This document shows, piece after piece, positions 11,249 through 23,969 of a DNA stretch of 64,000 nt (its first letter is position 1; the number at the start of each line of letters is the position of its first letter). Both the position numbers and the translations under genes were made by a program. The stretch comes from Yuukianura sp. NJ FZ-2021 (Eukaryota). The notes beneath the pieces are model-generated. The model was not told where the DNA came from, made no database searches, and saw nothing but the letters and a program-made list of their open reading frames with translations. The DNA is taken from positions 9,796,001 to 9,860,000 of the forward strand of contig CM102286.1 in the NCBI GenBank assembly GCA_046563655.1, given 5' to 3'.

Positions 11249-11520
11249 GGTTAGGTTAGGTTAGGTTATATATTATTATAATATTATATAATTATATTAT
11301 AATTTAATTTGTATTATATTATATATAGTTGATGTATAATATAATATTACATGATTAATATAAATTAAAATAGCCTAAGAATTAAAATATAATTATAATT
11401 GTAATAAAAATATTATATTTTAATATAATATATTTTCTAATAAAATATAATAATTATAATACACTATTACATTATTTAAATTGTTAGTAAAATTATGCAG
11501 TATTATTTTCAAATTATACA
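11249..11520. repeat. (TTAGG)3 followed by AT-rich low-complexity tract
   Basis: ggttaggttaggttaggtta at 11249-11268, then an almost pure A/T stretch. Confidence 0.8.
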
Positions 11521-11735
11521 TTTCAGTTTAATGATCACAACACTAGGGGAACGGCGTAGCCCATGCCGACAACTAATGAGCGGCACCCCTAATGCCGACA
11601 CACAATGAGGAATCCCCTAAGTAAGAGGCAAATCTAGAAAAGGGGGAGTAATCACTATGTAATTACGCTATTTGTTTGCTTTTATTGACTTTTAATTTAA
11701 TCTTTAATAATGAAAATGATAAGGATATACTCAGT

Positions 11736-12741
11736 CAGGGGTCGAAATTCGGATTTTGACTTCGGATTCAAATCCGAATTTTTGACGAATCCGAATAATT
11801 CGGAATTCGGATTTGACATCATGCGAATTCGGATTCAGACGAATTTGAGACTTAAATAGATGTAGGCGCGAATTTAAATTTTAAGAGCAAAAAATTGAAG
11901 TACAGTAGACTTTCCCACTTATTCCATTTGCCAAATACAAAACAAAATACAATTGAACTACACTGGGGTTAGAAAATTACATGAGTGTGTGGTCAAATTG
12001 TCATTGGCAAATCCCCCATTTGCCATTGCATGTTTCATTTTGCCATTTTACCGCCAGTGTACTGGTGCGGGTTTTGTATTTGTCAATTGAAATTGTTTTG
12101 TATTTGGCAAATGGAATAAGTGGGAAAGTCTACTGTAACTGAAGAACCCCAGAATTTAACAAAAAAGAACAAACGCTTACGTACTGAACTGAAATCAAAA
12201 CTCGATCAGGCATTAGATGACATCTCAAAGCGTGCTCATCGATTCAAAACAAAATCTGGTGAAAAGGACTTAACGGCAACAATTAAGAAGGAAATGACCA
12301 TGTTCGAAAATGGTGGTAACCGGGGACTACATTTGCATGCTCTGCTACAATTTCCTAAAAATTGTTCCACCAACAACAGTTGAATCGGAGAGATCATTTT
12401 CGTCTTCCGGATATTTTTGTAAGAAAATACGATCACGTCTAGGCGATGATACTTTAGATAAACTCTGATTTCTTCGTTCATATTTTCAGGTTCTCTCATT
12501 TATTGAGAGTCGTAGTGTTCACTACTGAGTTGCAATGCTTTTTACTTGAGAAAAAAACTCAACATAAACGGGTAGTTAGTGTTCAATTATAAATAAAATT
12601 GTTATTTTTTCATTTCTATTATGTAAGGGCGAATTTCTTAAAAAAATGAAATCCGAATCCGAATTCGGATTTTGCCGAGATGAAATTCGGATAAATTCGG
12701 AATTCGGATTTGTGCAAAACCACGACGAATTTCGACCCCTA
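11736..12741 (+). mobile_element. Internally deleted hAT transposon
   Basis: TIRs caggggtcgaaattcg / cgaatttcgacccct; sub-terminal ttcgga/tccgaa repeats. Remnant YNFLKIVPPTTVESERSFSSSG...RSRLGDDTLDKL*FLRSYF matches the hAT C-terminal dimerisation motif. No TSD found. Confidence 0.8.
11903..12135. mobile_element. Tc1/mariner-pogo-type MITE nested in the hAT
   Basis: TA|CAGTAGACTTTCCCACTTATTCCATTTGCCAAATACAAAACAA ... matching reverse complement|TA (~43-bp perfect TIR). Confidence 0.88.
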
Positions 12742-12743
12742 AG

Positions 12744-14072
12744 TTAACATTTAGTTAGCACAAGGACGTTTACGAGACATTCCAACAAAATTTGAAAATA
12801 TGTAGCAGGAGTTGACCGTTTCATTACGTAAATTCCGCCTACACGAACTCCCAGAGGGCGCAAACCCCGGAGCTCCTTACTCGTAGTAGTGCTACGGTCT
12901 CCATCTTCCACTTTCTGCCAATGTAGAATCAAGTTTCTACTTACAGTATTTAAGCTGGTTCCAACTATTATTGTTATAGAAATTACAATAACGCTGGCGG
13001 ACATTGTAATTAGAAACATTATGTAGCTGCCAGTATCTAACTCTTCATGCTTACTAATTACGAAAGAGGCTTGAATGATCAAAGTACTAGCGAATAGGGT
13101 AAGCGCCGTTGGTATAATAACCGGAGCATAACAGTTGTTGAAGAGTTGGTTAACGATTTGGTACTGGCGGTAAATACCAATGCGACATGTCCCTTCCTGT
13201 CTGCTCAAAACATTAAAAATTTCAAACTGAAGACTTTTCTTAGGTTCAAGTTGTAATATTATATGGTTCTTTTTACCGCATTAGCTTAAGGGACTTGATT
13301 GCTGGAAGAAGGTGAACGAATATGTAATAAACATGAAAAGATCCAAATCCTGAAAATGAGTAAGTTACGAAGGTGTCCATACAAGCGCATAATAGGATGA
13401 GCAGAACGTTGTCATCGTAACCAAGTAGCTTCTGCACAGAGTAGTACGAGTAAAACACTTTCCTGGGAAGTGCCAATTCAAGCATAAAAAATACTCCCAA
13501 AGTATCAATGACCCAAGTGACGTTCATTAATTTTGCAAAATTCACAATTGTTTTCCAGAGACTTTCAAACTTCTTTGGATAAATGTCTAAAAAATAAAAG
13601 TGCCATAAAAACTTGAAATTTTCCTTTTCAGACAAAAAAATTGCTTACCTTCTACCAGGCTCTGAAGAAAAAATACTTGATTCAAAGTGTAGGCAAAATC
13701 TTTTAGTTTGCCAATTACTCCAGCATGAAACAAAGTGGAGGTCAAATAAGATATTGCAAAAAATGTTGTAATTATTAAATCAAGAAGTTCCAATTTCACA
13801 TATTTAACATAAGACTGTAGTAGAATATTAACCAGAGACAGGAATCGGATACAGTTTAGGCTCACCACTGATAACCAAAAATACTGTTTTACTTTTGAAG
13901 CCACAATAAACCCATCGGAAGGATCAAAAGTGAACGGTGAAATACACAATTGACCCAGAAAAACAATGAATTTTGCGATGTACTTAATTTTGTACGCTGG
14001 ATTTGTAGAGTCTATTTCAACCCTCTCCCACACCTTTGGGAGAATTCTGATAGATTTTATTGTGAACTTCAT
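12744..14072 (-). CDS. Gustatory-receptor-like multi-TM chemoreceptor, copy 1 (exons 14072-13649, 13586-13277, 13200-12744; 396 aa)
   Basis: GT-AG introns of 62 and 76 bp join three ORFs in frame (1191 nt). Multiple hydrophobic segments; C-terminal RPLGVRVGGIYVMKRSTPATYFQILLECLVNVLV resembles the arthropod GR/OR C-terminal region. Confidence 0.75.
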
Positions 14073-14807
14073 TTTTAAACTATACTTTTATTTCTCTAAA
14101 ATTTTTCTATTAACCCTACAAGCAAATGATGTGTTTTAGGCTCTGGTTGCTGCTATTTTAGTTTTGCAGGATGACACAAAACTTAGATTTCAAAATTGAT
14201 CCGTGAAGGTCGCAGTAAATTAAACTTTTGTGGTTCCGCCAAATTTGTGTCGGTCATGAACACTTTTCCTTAATTTTTAACCAAAGGAGGAAAGATCCAT
14301 ATACATACAGGTATATGTAGGTGTTTTATTTTTTTTAATACAAACCCAATCGGCTAGCTTGTACCTTCATCAAATTACTTTTAGGAACCACAACGTTTAT
14401 TTCATGCTTATCGTTTCCAAGTATCCTTTTGACTAGTCAGTAATTCAGACAACCTTGATAGTGTCATAAAGTCCTAACTACACACTACGTTGCATAGGTG
14501 TTTTCTAAAAAATATTTGTTCTGGACGGATAGCAACGCAATGTCACTAAATGTCTCCTCATATTTTGTCGATTTATATCCATTCTAGTATTTGAAGTAAA
14601 AGCCATGAGAAAGCGATAATCTTCATCGTGTCCATTGTGCTGAAAATTAGCGAAATGTTGTGCCTTTTCTAGATTCACTTTTCCAAGGATCATCTGCGAT
14701 TATGTCTACAACGATACTGTCAACCTTACTTTCAGGATGGCAACAAGAGGAATTGGGTGTACATTTACCAGATGTAATTGCCTAAAATGCGGTCACCAAT
14801 TCGTTTT

Positions 14808-15710
14808 AGTCTTCTGGAGACACACGTCTACGACGTGCTGAAGGAGACTATTGATACGACTTTGTCCGTCCGTCCGTCACACTTTTTAGGACTTTTTGCA
14901 CTGAAACATTAGCCCCATTATTGACCGGGGTTCTGTATCGCTCAAGTGTTTTCATTATGTCTACATTGCACTCAAAGTCTTACATTAACAACGGCAAAGT
15001 TTGCGGCTGAATCTCGTTGCTGTTTCTTAAGTCCTAAAATTTTTGTGTTAGGTCTACATTATACTCAAAAAGTTTTTTAACAACGAAGTTTTGATCTTTT
15101 CATTTTCTGACATTATGTATAGTTACATTGTTAAATTTAGACAGATTAGAGGGTAGAAAATCCGGCTTAAATGTTTAATATGTGAATAGTGAATGACAGG
15201 GGTCAAATTTACTTTCTCAAGAAATTTTTATAATGTTGAATTTAACAAACGAAATTTGACTCTATAAGTTTATGCACTTAATGCACATTGTGCATTTGCA
15301 TGAAACTAATTTTATTTTTAAAGAAATAATATTCGACTCCACCTCACAACGTTTAATTTTGTGCATGATGAAAACCTATGACCATAAAGGATACAATTTT
15401 GTGCATTATGCACACAATTGAAGGCTTTTGTGCAGGTTTGAGAAATACTTTGAGCATTGCCATGACAACATCGAAAATACATTATGTGCGTCTTTTTCAA
15501 CAAATTAAGAACACCAATCAACAACGATATTCGACGCCTTCTCCTAAACGTCCAATTTTGTGCATTTTGTGCATAACAAATTGACAACATCAATACAGTG
15601 CAGATATTTTCGATCTAAAAACTTTAACATGACTTTGGTTCAATTAAACGGTAAAATTGCCAAGACAATTTTGGAGCAACTCATACACAAAGTAGGATCT
15701 CACATTCGTA
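14808..15710 (+). mobile_element. HINE family A, 3'-truncated by duplication junction
   Basis: 5' terminus and GTCC repeat present; ends at junction. Confidence 0.85.
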
Positions 15711-16195
15711 AAGGACTTAACGGCAACAATTACCTAAGAAGGAAATGACCATGTTCGAAAATGGTGGTAACCGGGGACTACATTTGCATGCTCTGCTACA
15801 ATTTCCTAAAAATTGTTCCACCAACAACAGTTGAATCGGAGAGATCATTTTCGTCTTCCGGATATTTTTGTAAGAAAATACGATCACGTCTAGGCGATGA
15901 TACTTTAGATAAACTCTGATTTCTTCGTTCATATTTTCAGGTTCTCTCATTTATTGAGAGTCGTAGTGTTCACTACTGAGTTGCAATGCTTTTTACTTGA
16001 GAAAAAAAGCTCAACATAAACGGGTAGTTAGTGTTCAATTATAAATAAAATTGTTATTTTTTCATTTCTATTATGTAAGGGCGAATTTCTTAAAAAAATA
16101 AAATCCGAATCTGAATTCGGATTTTGCCGAGATGAAATTCGGATAAATTCGGAATTCGGATTTGTGCAAAACCACGACGAATTTCGACCCCTAAG

Positions 16196-17524
16196 TTAAC
16201 ATTTAGTTAGCACAAGGACGTTTACGAGACATTCCAACAAAATTTGAAAATATGTAGCAGGAGTTGACCGTTTCATTACGTAAATTCCGCCTACACGAAC
16301 TCCCAGAGGGCGCAAACCCCGGAGCTCCTTACTCGTAGTAGTGCTACGGTCTCCATCTTCCACTTTCTGCCAATGTAGAATCAAGTTTCTACTTACAGTA
16401 TTTAAGCTGGTTCCAACTATTATTGTTATAGAAATTACAATAACGCTGGCGGACATTGTAATTAGAAACATTATGTAGCTGCCAGTATCTAACTCTTCAT
16501 GCTTACTAATTACGAAAGAGGCTTGAATGATCAAAGTACTAGCGAATAGGGTAAGCGCCGTTGGTATAATAACCGGAGCATAACAGTTGTTGAAGAGTTG
16601 GTTAACGATTTGGTACTGGCGGTAAATACCAATGCGACATGTCCCTTCCTGTCTGCTCAAAACATTAAAAATTTCAAACTGAAGACTTTTCTTAGGTTCA
16701 AGTTGTAATATTATATGGTTCTTTTTACCGCATTAGCTTAAGGGACTTGATTGCTGGAAGAAGGTGAACGAATATGTAATAAACATGAAAAGATCCAAAT
16801 CCTGAAAATGAGTAAGTTACGAAGGTGTCCATACAAGCGCATAATAGGATGAGCAGAACGTTGTCATCGTAACCAAGTAGCTTCTGCACAGAGTAGTACG
16901 AGTAAAACACTTTCCTGGGAAGTGCCAATTCAAGCATAAAAAATACTCCCAAAGTATCAATGACCCAAGTGACGTTCATTAATTTTGCAAAATTCACAAT
17001 TGTTTTCCAGAGACTTTCAAACTTCTTTGGATAAATGTCTAAAAAATAAAAGTGCCATAAAAACTTGAAATTTTCCTTTTCAGACAAAAAAATTGCTTAC
17101 CTTCTACCAGGCTCTGAAGAAAAAATACTTGATTCAAAGTGTAGGCAAAATCTTTTAGTTTGCCAATTACTCCAGCATGAAACAAAGTGGAGGTCAAATA
17201 AGATATTGCAAAAAATGTTGTAATTATTAAATCAAGAAGTTCCAATTTCACATATTTAACATAAGACTGTAGTAGAATATTAACCAGAGACAGGAATCGG
17301 ATACAGTTTAGGCTCACCACTGATAACCAAAAATACTGTTTTACTTTTGAAGCCACAATAAACCCATCGGAAGGATCAAAAGTGAACGGTGAAATACACA
17401 ATTGACCCAGAAAAACAATGAATTTTGCGATGTACTTAATTTTGTACGCTGGATTTGTAGAGTCTATTTCAACCCTCTCCCACACCTTTGGGAGAATTCT
17501 GATAGATTTTATTGTGAACTTCAT
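16196..17524 (-). CDS. GR-like chemoreceptor, copy 2 (exons 17524-17101, 17038-16729, 16652-16196)
   Basis: ORF translations identical to copy 1; same splice sites. Confidence 0.75.
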
Positions 17525-18261
17525 TTTTAAACTATACTTTTATTTCTCTAAAATTTTTCTATTAACCCTACAAGCAAATGATGTGTTTTAGGCTCTGGTT
17601 GCTGCTATTTTAGTTTTGCAGGATGACACAAAACTTAGATTTCAAAATTGATCCGTGAAGGTCGCAGTAAATTAAACTTTTGTGGTTCCGCCAAATTTGT
17701 GTCGGTCATGAACACTTTTCCTTAATTTTTAACCAAAGGAGGAAAGATCCATATACATACAGGTATATGTAGGTGTTTTATTTTTTTTAATACAAACCCA
17801 ATCGGCTAGCTTGTACCTTCATCAAATTACTTTTAGGAACCACAACGTTTATTTCATGCTTATCGTTTCCAAGTATCCTTTTGACTAGTCAGTAATTCAG
17901 ACAACCTTGATAGTGTCATAAAGTCCTAACTACACACTACGTTGCATAGGTGTTTTCTAAAAAAAATATTTGTTCTGGACGGATAGCAACGCAATGTCAC
18001 TAAATGTCTCCTCATATTTTGTCGATTTATATCCATTCTAGTATTTGAAGTAAAAGCCATGAGAAAGCGATAATCTTCATCGTGTCCATTGTGCTGAAAA
18101 TTAGCGAAATGTTGTGCCTTTTCTAGATTCACTTTTCCAAGGATCATCTGCGATTATGTCTACAACGATACTGTCAACCTTACTTTCAGGATGGCAACAA
18201 GAGGAATTGGGTGTACATTTACCAGATGTAATTGCCTAAAATGCGGTCACCAATTCGTTTT

Positions 18262-19165
18262 AGTCTTCTGGAGACACACGTCTACGACGTGCTGAAGGAG
18301 ACTATTGATACGACTTTGTCCGTCCGTCCGTCACACTTTTTAGGACTTTTTGCACTGAAACATTAGCCCCATTATTGACCGGGGGTTCTGTATCGCTCAA
18401 GTGTTTTCATTATGTCTACATTGCACTCAAAGTCTTACATTAACAACGGCAAAGTTTGCGGCTGAATCTCGTTGCTGTTTCTTAAGTCCTAAAATTTTTG
18501 TGTTAGGTCTACATTATACTCAAAAAGTTTTTTAACAACGAAGTTTTGATCTTTTCATTTTCTGACATTATGTATAGTTACGTTGTTAAATTTAGACAGA
18601 TTAGAGGGTAGAAAATCCGGCTTAAATGTTTAATATGTGAATAGTGAATGACAGGGGTCAAATTTACTTTCTCAAGAAATTTTTATAATGTTGAATTTAA
18701 CAAACGAAATTTGACTCTATAAGTTTATGCACTTAATGCACATTGTGCATTTGCATGAAACTAATTTTATTTTTAAAGAAATAATATTCGACTCCACCTC
18801 ACAACGTTTAATTTTGTGCATGATGAAAACCTATGACCATAAAGGATACAATTTTGTGCATTATGCACACAATTGAAGGCTTTTGTGCAGGTTTGAGAAA
18901 TACTTTGAGCATTGCCATGACAACATCGAAAATACATTATGTGCGTCTTTTTCAACAAATTAAGAACACCAATCAACAACGATATTCGACGCCTTCTCCT
19001 AAACGTCCAATTTTGTGCATTTTGTGCATAACAAATTGACAACATCAATACAGTGCAGATATTTTCGATCTAAAAACTTTAACATGACTTTGGTTCAATT
19101 AAACGGTAAAATTGCCAAGACAATTTTGGAGCAACTCATACACAAAGTAGGATCTCACATTCGTA
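18262..19165 (+). mobile_element. HINE family A, 3'-truncated by duplication junction
   Basis: As 14808-15710. Confidence 0.85.
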
Positions 19166-19650
19166 AAGGACTTAACGGCAACAATTACCTAAGAAGGAAA
19201 TGACCATGTTCGAAAATGGTGGTAACCGGGGACTACATTTGCATGCTCTGCTACAATTTCCTAAAAATTGTTCCACCAACAACAGTTGAATCGGAGAGAT
19301 CATTTTCGTCTTCCGGATATTTTTGTAAGAAAATACGATCACGTCTAGGCGATGATAATTTAGATAAACTCTGATTTCTTCGTTCATATTTTCAGGTTCT
19401 CTCATTTATTGAGAGTCGTAGTGTTCACTACTGAGTTTCAATGCTTTTTACTTGAGAAAACAACCTCAACATAAACGGGTAGTTAGTGTTCAATTATAAA
19501 TAAAATTGTTATTTTTTCATTTCTATTATGTAAGGGCGAATTTCTTAAAAAAATGAAATCCGAATCCGAATTCGGATTTTGCCGAGATGAAATTCGGATA
19601 AATTCGGAATTCGGATTTGTGCAAAACCACGACGAATTTCGACCCCTAAG

Positions 19651-20979
19651 TTAACATTTAGTTAGCACAAGGACGTTTACGAGACATTCCAACAAAATTT
19701 GAAAATATGTAGCAGGAGTTGACCGTTTCATTACGTAAATTCCGCCTACACGAACTCCCAGAGGGCGCAAACCCCGGAGCTCCTTACTCGTAGTAGTGCT
19801 ACGGTCTCCATCTTCCACTTTCTGCCAATGTAGAATCAAGTTTCTACTTACAGTATTTAAGCTGGTTCCAACTATTATTGTTATAGAAATTACAATAACG
19901 CTGGCGGACATTGTAATTAGAAACATTATGTAGCTGCCAGTATCTAACTCTTCATGCTTACTAATTACGAAAGAGGCTTGAATGATCAAAGTACTAGCGA
20001 ATAGGGTAAGCGCCGTTGGTATAATAACCGGAGCATAACAGTTGTTGAAGAGTTGGTTAACGATTTGGTACTGGCGGTAAATACCAATGCGACATGTCCC
20101 TTCCTGTCTGCTCAAAACATTAAAAATTTCAAACTGAAGACTTTTCTTAGGTTCAAGTTGTAATATTATATGGTTCTTTTTACCGCATTAGCTTAAGGGA
20201 CTTGATTGCTGGAAGAAGGTGAACGAATATGTAATAAACATGAAAAGATCCAAATCCTGAAAATGAGTAAGTTACGAAGGTGTCCATACAAGCGCATAAT
20301 AGGATGAGCAGAACGTTGTCATCGTAACCAAGTAGCTTCTGCACAGAGTAGTACGAGTAAAACACTTTCCTGGGAAGTGCCAATTCAAGCATAAAAAATA
20401 CTCCCAAAGTATCAATGACCCAAGTGACGTTCATTAATTTTGCAAAATTCACAATTGTTTTCCAGAGACTTTCAAACTTCTTTGGATAAATGTCTAAAAA
20501 ATAAAAGTGCCATAAAAACTTGAAATTTTCCTTTTCAGACAAAAAAATTGCTTACCTTCTACCAGGCTCTGAAGAAAAAATACTTGATTCAAAGTGTAGG
20601 CAAAATCTTTTAGTTTGCCAATTACTCCAGCATGAAACAAAGTGGAGGTCAAATAAGATATTGCAAAAAATGTTGTAATTATTAAATCAAGAAGTTCCAA
20701 TTTCACATATTTAACATAAGACTGTAGTAGAATATTAACCAGAGACAGGAATCGGATACAGTTTAGGCTCACCACTGATAACCAAAAATACTGTTTTACT
20801 TTTGAAGCCACAATAAACCCATCGGAAGGATCAAAAGTGAACGGTGAAATACACAATTGACCCAGAAAAACAATGAATTTTGCGATGTACTTAATTTTGT
20901 ACGCTGGATTTGTAGAGTCTATTTCAACCCTCTCCCACACCTTTGGGAGAATTCTGATAGATTTTATTGTGAACTTCAT
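19651..20979 (-). CDS. GR-like chemoreceptor, copy 3 (exons 20979-20556, 20493-20184, 20107-19651)
   Basis: ORF translations identical to copy 1; same splice sites. Confidence 0.75.
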
Positions 20980-21702
20980 TTTTAAACTATACTTTTATTT
21001 CTCTAAAATTTTTCTATTAACCCTACAAGCAAATGATGTGTTTTAGGCTCTGGTTGCTGCTATTTTAGTTTTGCAGGATGACACAAAACTTAGATTTCAA
21101 AATTGATCCGTGAAGGTCGCAGTAAATTAAACTTTTGTGGTTCCGCCAAATTTGTGTCGGTCATGAACACTTTTCCTTAATTTTTAACCAAAGGAGGAAA
21201 GATCCATATACCTAGGTGTTTATATTTTTTTAATACAAACCCAATCGGCTAGCTTGTACCTTCATCAAATTACTTTTAGGAACCACAACGTTTATTTCAT
21301 GCTTATCGTTTCCAAGTATCCTTTTGACTAGTCAGTAATTCAGACAACCTTGATAGTGTCATAAAGTCCTAACTACACACTACGTTGCATAGGTGTTTTC
21401 TAAAAAATATTTGTTCTGGACGGATAGCAACGCAATGTCACTAAATGTCTCCTCATATTTTGTCGATTTATATCCATTCTAGTATTTGAAGTAAAAGCCA
21501 TGAGAAAGCGATAATCTTCATCGTGTCCATTGTGCTGAAAATTAGCGAAATGTTGTGCCTTTTCTAGATTCACTTTTCCAAGGATCATCTGCGATTATGT
21601 CTACAACGATACTGTCAACCTTACTTTCAGGATGGCAACAAGAGGAATTGGGTGTACATTTACCAGATGTAATTGCCTAAAATGCGGTCACCAATTCGTT
21701 TT

Positions 21703-22760
21703 AGTCTTCTGGAGACACACGTCTACGACGTGCTGAAGGAGACTATTGATACGACTTTGTCCGTCCGTCCGTCACACTTTTTAGGACTTTTTGCACTGAA
21801 ACATTAGCCCCATTATTGACCGGGGGTTCTGTATCGCTCAAGTGTTTTCATTATGTCTACATTGCACTCAAAGTCTTACATTAACAACGGCAAAGTTTGC
21901 GGCTGAATCTCGTTGCTGTTTCTTAAGTCCTAAAATTTTTGTGTTAGGTCTACATTATACTCAAAAAGTTTTTTAACAACGAAGTTTTGATCTTTTCATT
22001 TTCTGACATTATGTATAGTTACGTTGTTAAATTTAGACAGATTAGAGGGTAGAAAATCCGGCTTAAATGTTTAATATGTGAATAGTGAATGACAGGGGTC
22101 AAATTTACTTTCTCAAGAAATTTTTATAATGTTGAATTTAACAAACGAAATTTGACTCTATAAGTTTATGCACTTAATGCACATTGTGCATTTGCATGAA
22201 ACTAATTTTATTTTTAAAGAAATAATATTCGACTCCACCTCACAACGTTTAATTTTGTGCATGATGAAAACCTATGACCATAAAGGATACAATTTTGTGC
22301 ATTATGCACACAATTGAAGGCTTTTGTGCAGGTTTGAGAAATACTTTGAGCATTGCCATGACAACATCGAAAATACATTATGTGCGTCTTTTTCAACAAA
22401 TTAAGAACACCAATCAACAACGATATTCGACGCCTTCTCCTAAACGTCCAATTTTGTGCATTTTGTGCATAACAAATTGACAACATCAATACAGTGCAGA
22501 TATTTTCGATCTAAAAACTTTAACATGACTTTGGTTCAATTAAACGGTAAAATTGCCAAGACAATTTTGGAGCAACTCATACACAAAGTAGGATCTCACA
22601 TTCGTACTGAAAATTTTCAGTGACGTTTTAGAGCTTCAATTCCATGAAAACTGTTTTTCAGTTCGTCCACAGTTTTGCGGTAGGCCGGTCTAAATGTCGT
22701 ATCAATTGTCAACTCCCTCCAGAAGACCTATGCTCAACCTTTGAGCATTGCCCTACCTTG
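21703..22760 (+). mobile_element. HINE family A, full-length
   Basis: Both termini present, T-rich flanks. Confidence 0.85.
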
Positions 22761-23486
22761 TTTTTTTCGAGTAGCACCATACATACAACACCGTATATAC
22801 CAATTGTAATTAGCAGTAAATATAATTATAGTTCAACTGAAAACGATTGACAGTTCGTTGATTTTGAATTTGTGCCAGTTGCCCAAGGGAACACCACGGT
22901 TGACATAAACCAGATGACACAATTGTGTACTTTAGAAATATTCTAAAGAATATGGGCTTTGTTTGTCTTTTGCGGCAGTTATAGAAATTACAAAGGTTCG
23001 CTGAATCAAACATACATAAACAAAACATAGGTTTTAAATGTCGCTTCAAAGGAAAAAAAAACATCCGTCTTTTTCGTTGGTTTAAAATGGCCTAAATTGA
23101 AATAAGTTTGACCGGACCGGTTTCGACTTAAGCCGTAAGCCAACTTAGAATTTAAGAGGAGTTAAAATGAAATCACGTCGTTAAACGGTGTAACAACAAC
23201 ATTGTAAAAATTAAATATATACAGTTAAAGAAACTTCGGGTAAATTAAAAAAAAGACTCCCAACCCTAAATAATCATTCTGGTTTCGTGGTATTGTTACC
23301 ATCTTTTTGAAATTACAAACACTAAGCTGTGAATTTCGGTATAAAAAGTTCAAAAATTCAGAACATTTCAATCTATTCAGTCAACAAACAAGACAATCAA
23401 ACTATAACCTTATAGCATTCTCCCTTCTCTAATGCAAATGTTATGTAGGCGTGCGTAAAGAAATTGAGAATTTGGCGAGCCCTTTA

Positions 23487-23969
23487 TTAAGTATCGTCTG
23501 ATACTTGTAGGGATCGTCTTGTCCGTCCGTCCGTCTTGTTACCTTGACAACCGCTACACTGATTTCTAAGCGGGTTTCTTTAATTAGTAACTACTGACCA
23601 GATGGCTAACAATCAGTATTTGGATTCACCAAATGTCAAAGGTCGAGGTAATGCTCCATTTACAAATAGGGAGGCGAATGGACAGACTTGAAAGCGGTCT
23701 GCATTGATGGACTTTTGATGACCTCGAGTGACCTCTCACAGGGTCAAGGCTCAAGGTCATCGTTTCTTCTACAATTCGGAAACGGATGGACCCGTTCGGA
23801 AGTTGTTTCCAGGGATGGATGTTTGACGACGCGAGGACTAAGATTGAAAATATTAGTTGACCTCAACTGATCTGTAACAATACCAGAGGTTAAGATCATC
23901 AATATCATGTGCAGGAGCGCTGTATAATTGATCTGACGATACTTATTTTACCGGCTTTGCAAGAAGGTT
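23487..23969 (+). mobile_element. Second DINE-1/HINE-like family (B)
   Basis: 5' aagtatcgtc with local partial IR gatactt, (GTCC)n, 3' gacgatactt plus imperfect hairpin accggctttgcaagaaggt. Same architecture as family A but unrelated sequence. Confidence 0.55.

Larger units (their letters stand above)
12264..22606. repeat. Tandem triplication; units 12264-15710, 15711-19165, 19166-22606
   Basis: Near-identical sequence; junction cacattcgta|aaggactt joins HINE interior to hAT interior at 15710/15711 and 19165/19166. Confidence 0.95.

Noticed and set aside
14505..14693. 62-aa ORF repeated in the triplication
   Set aside because: No motif, and its length varies with an A-run indel between units.
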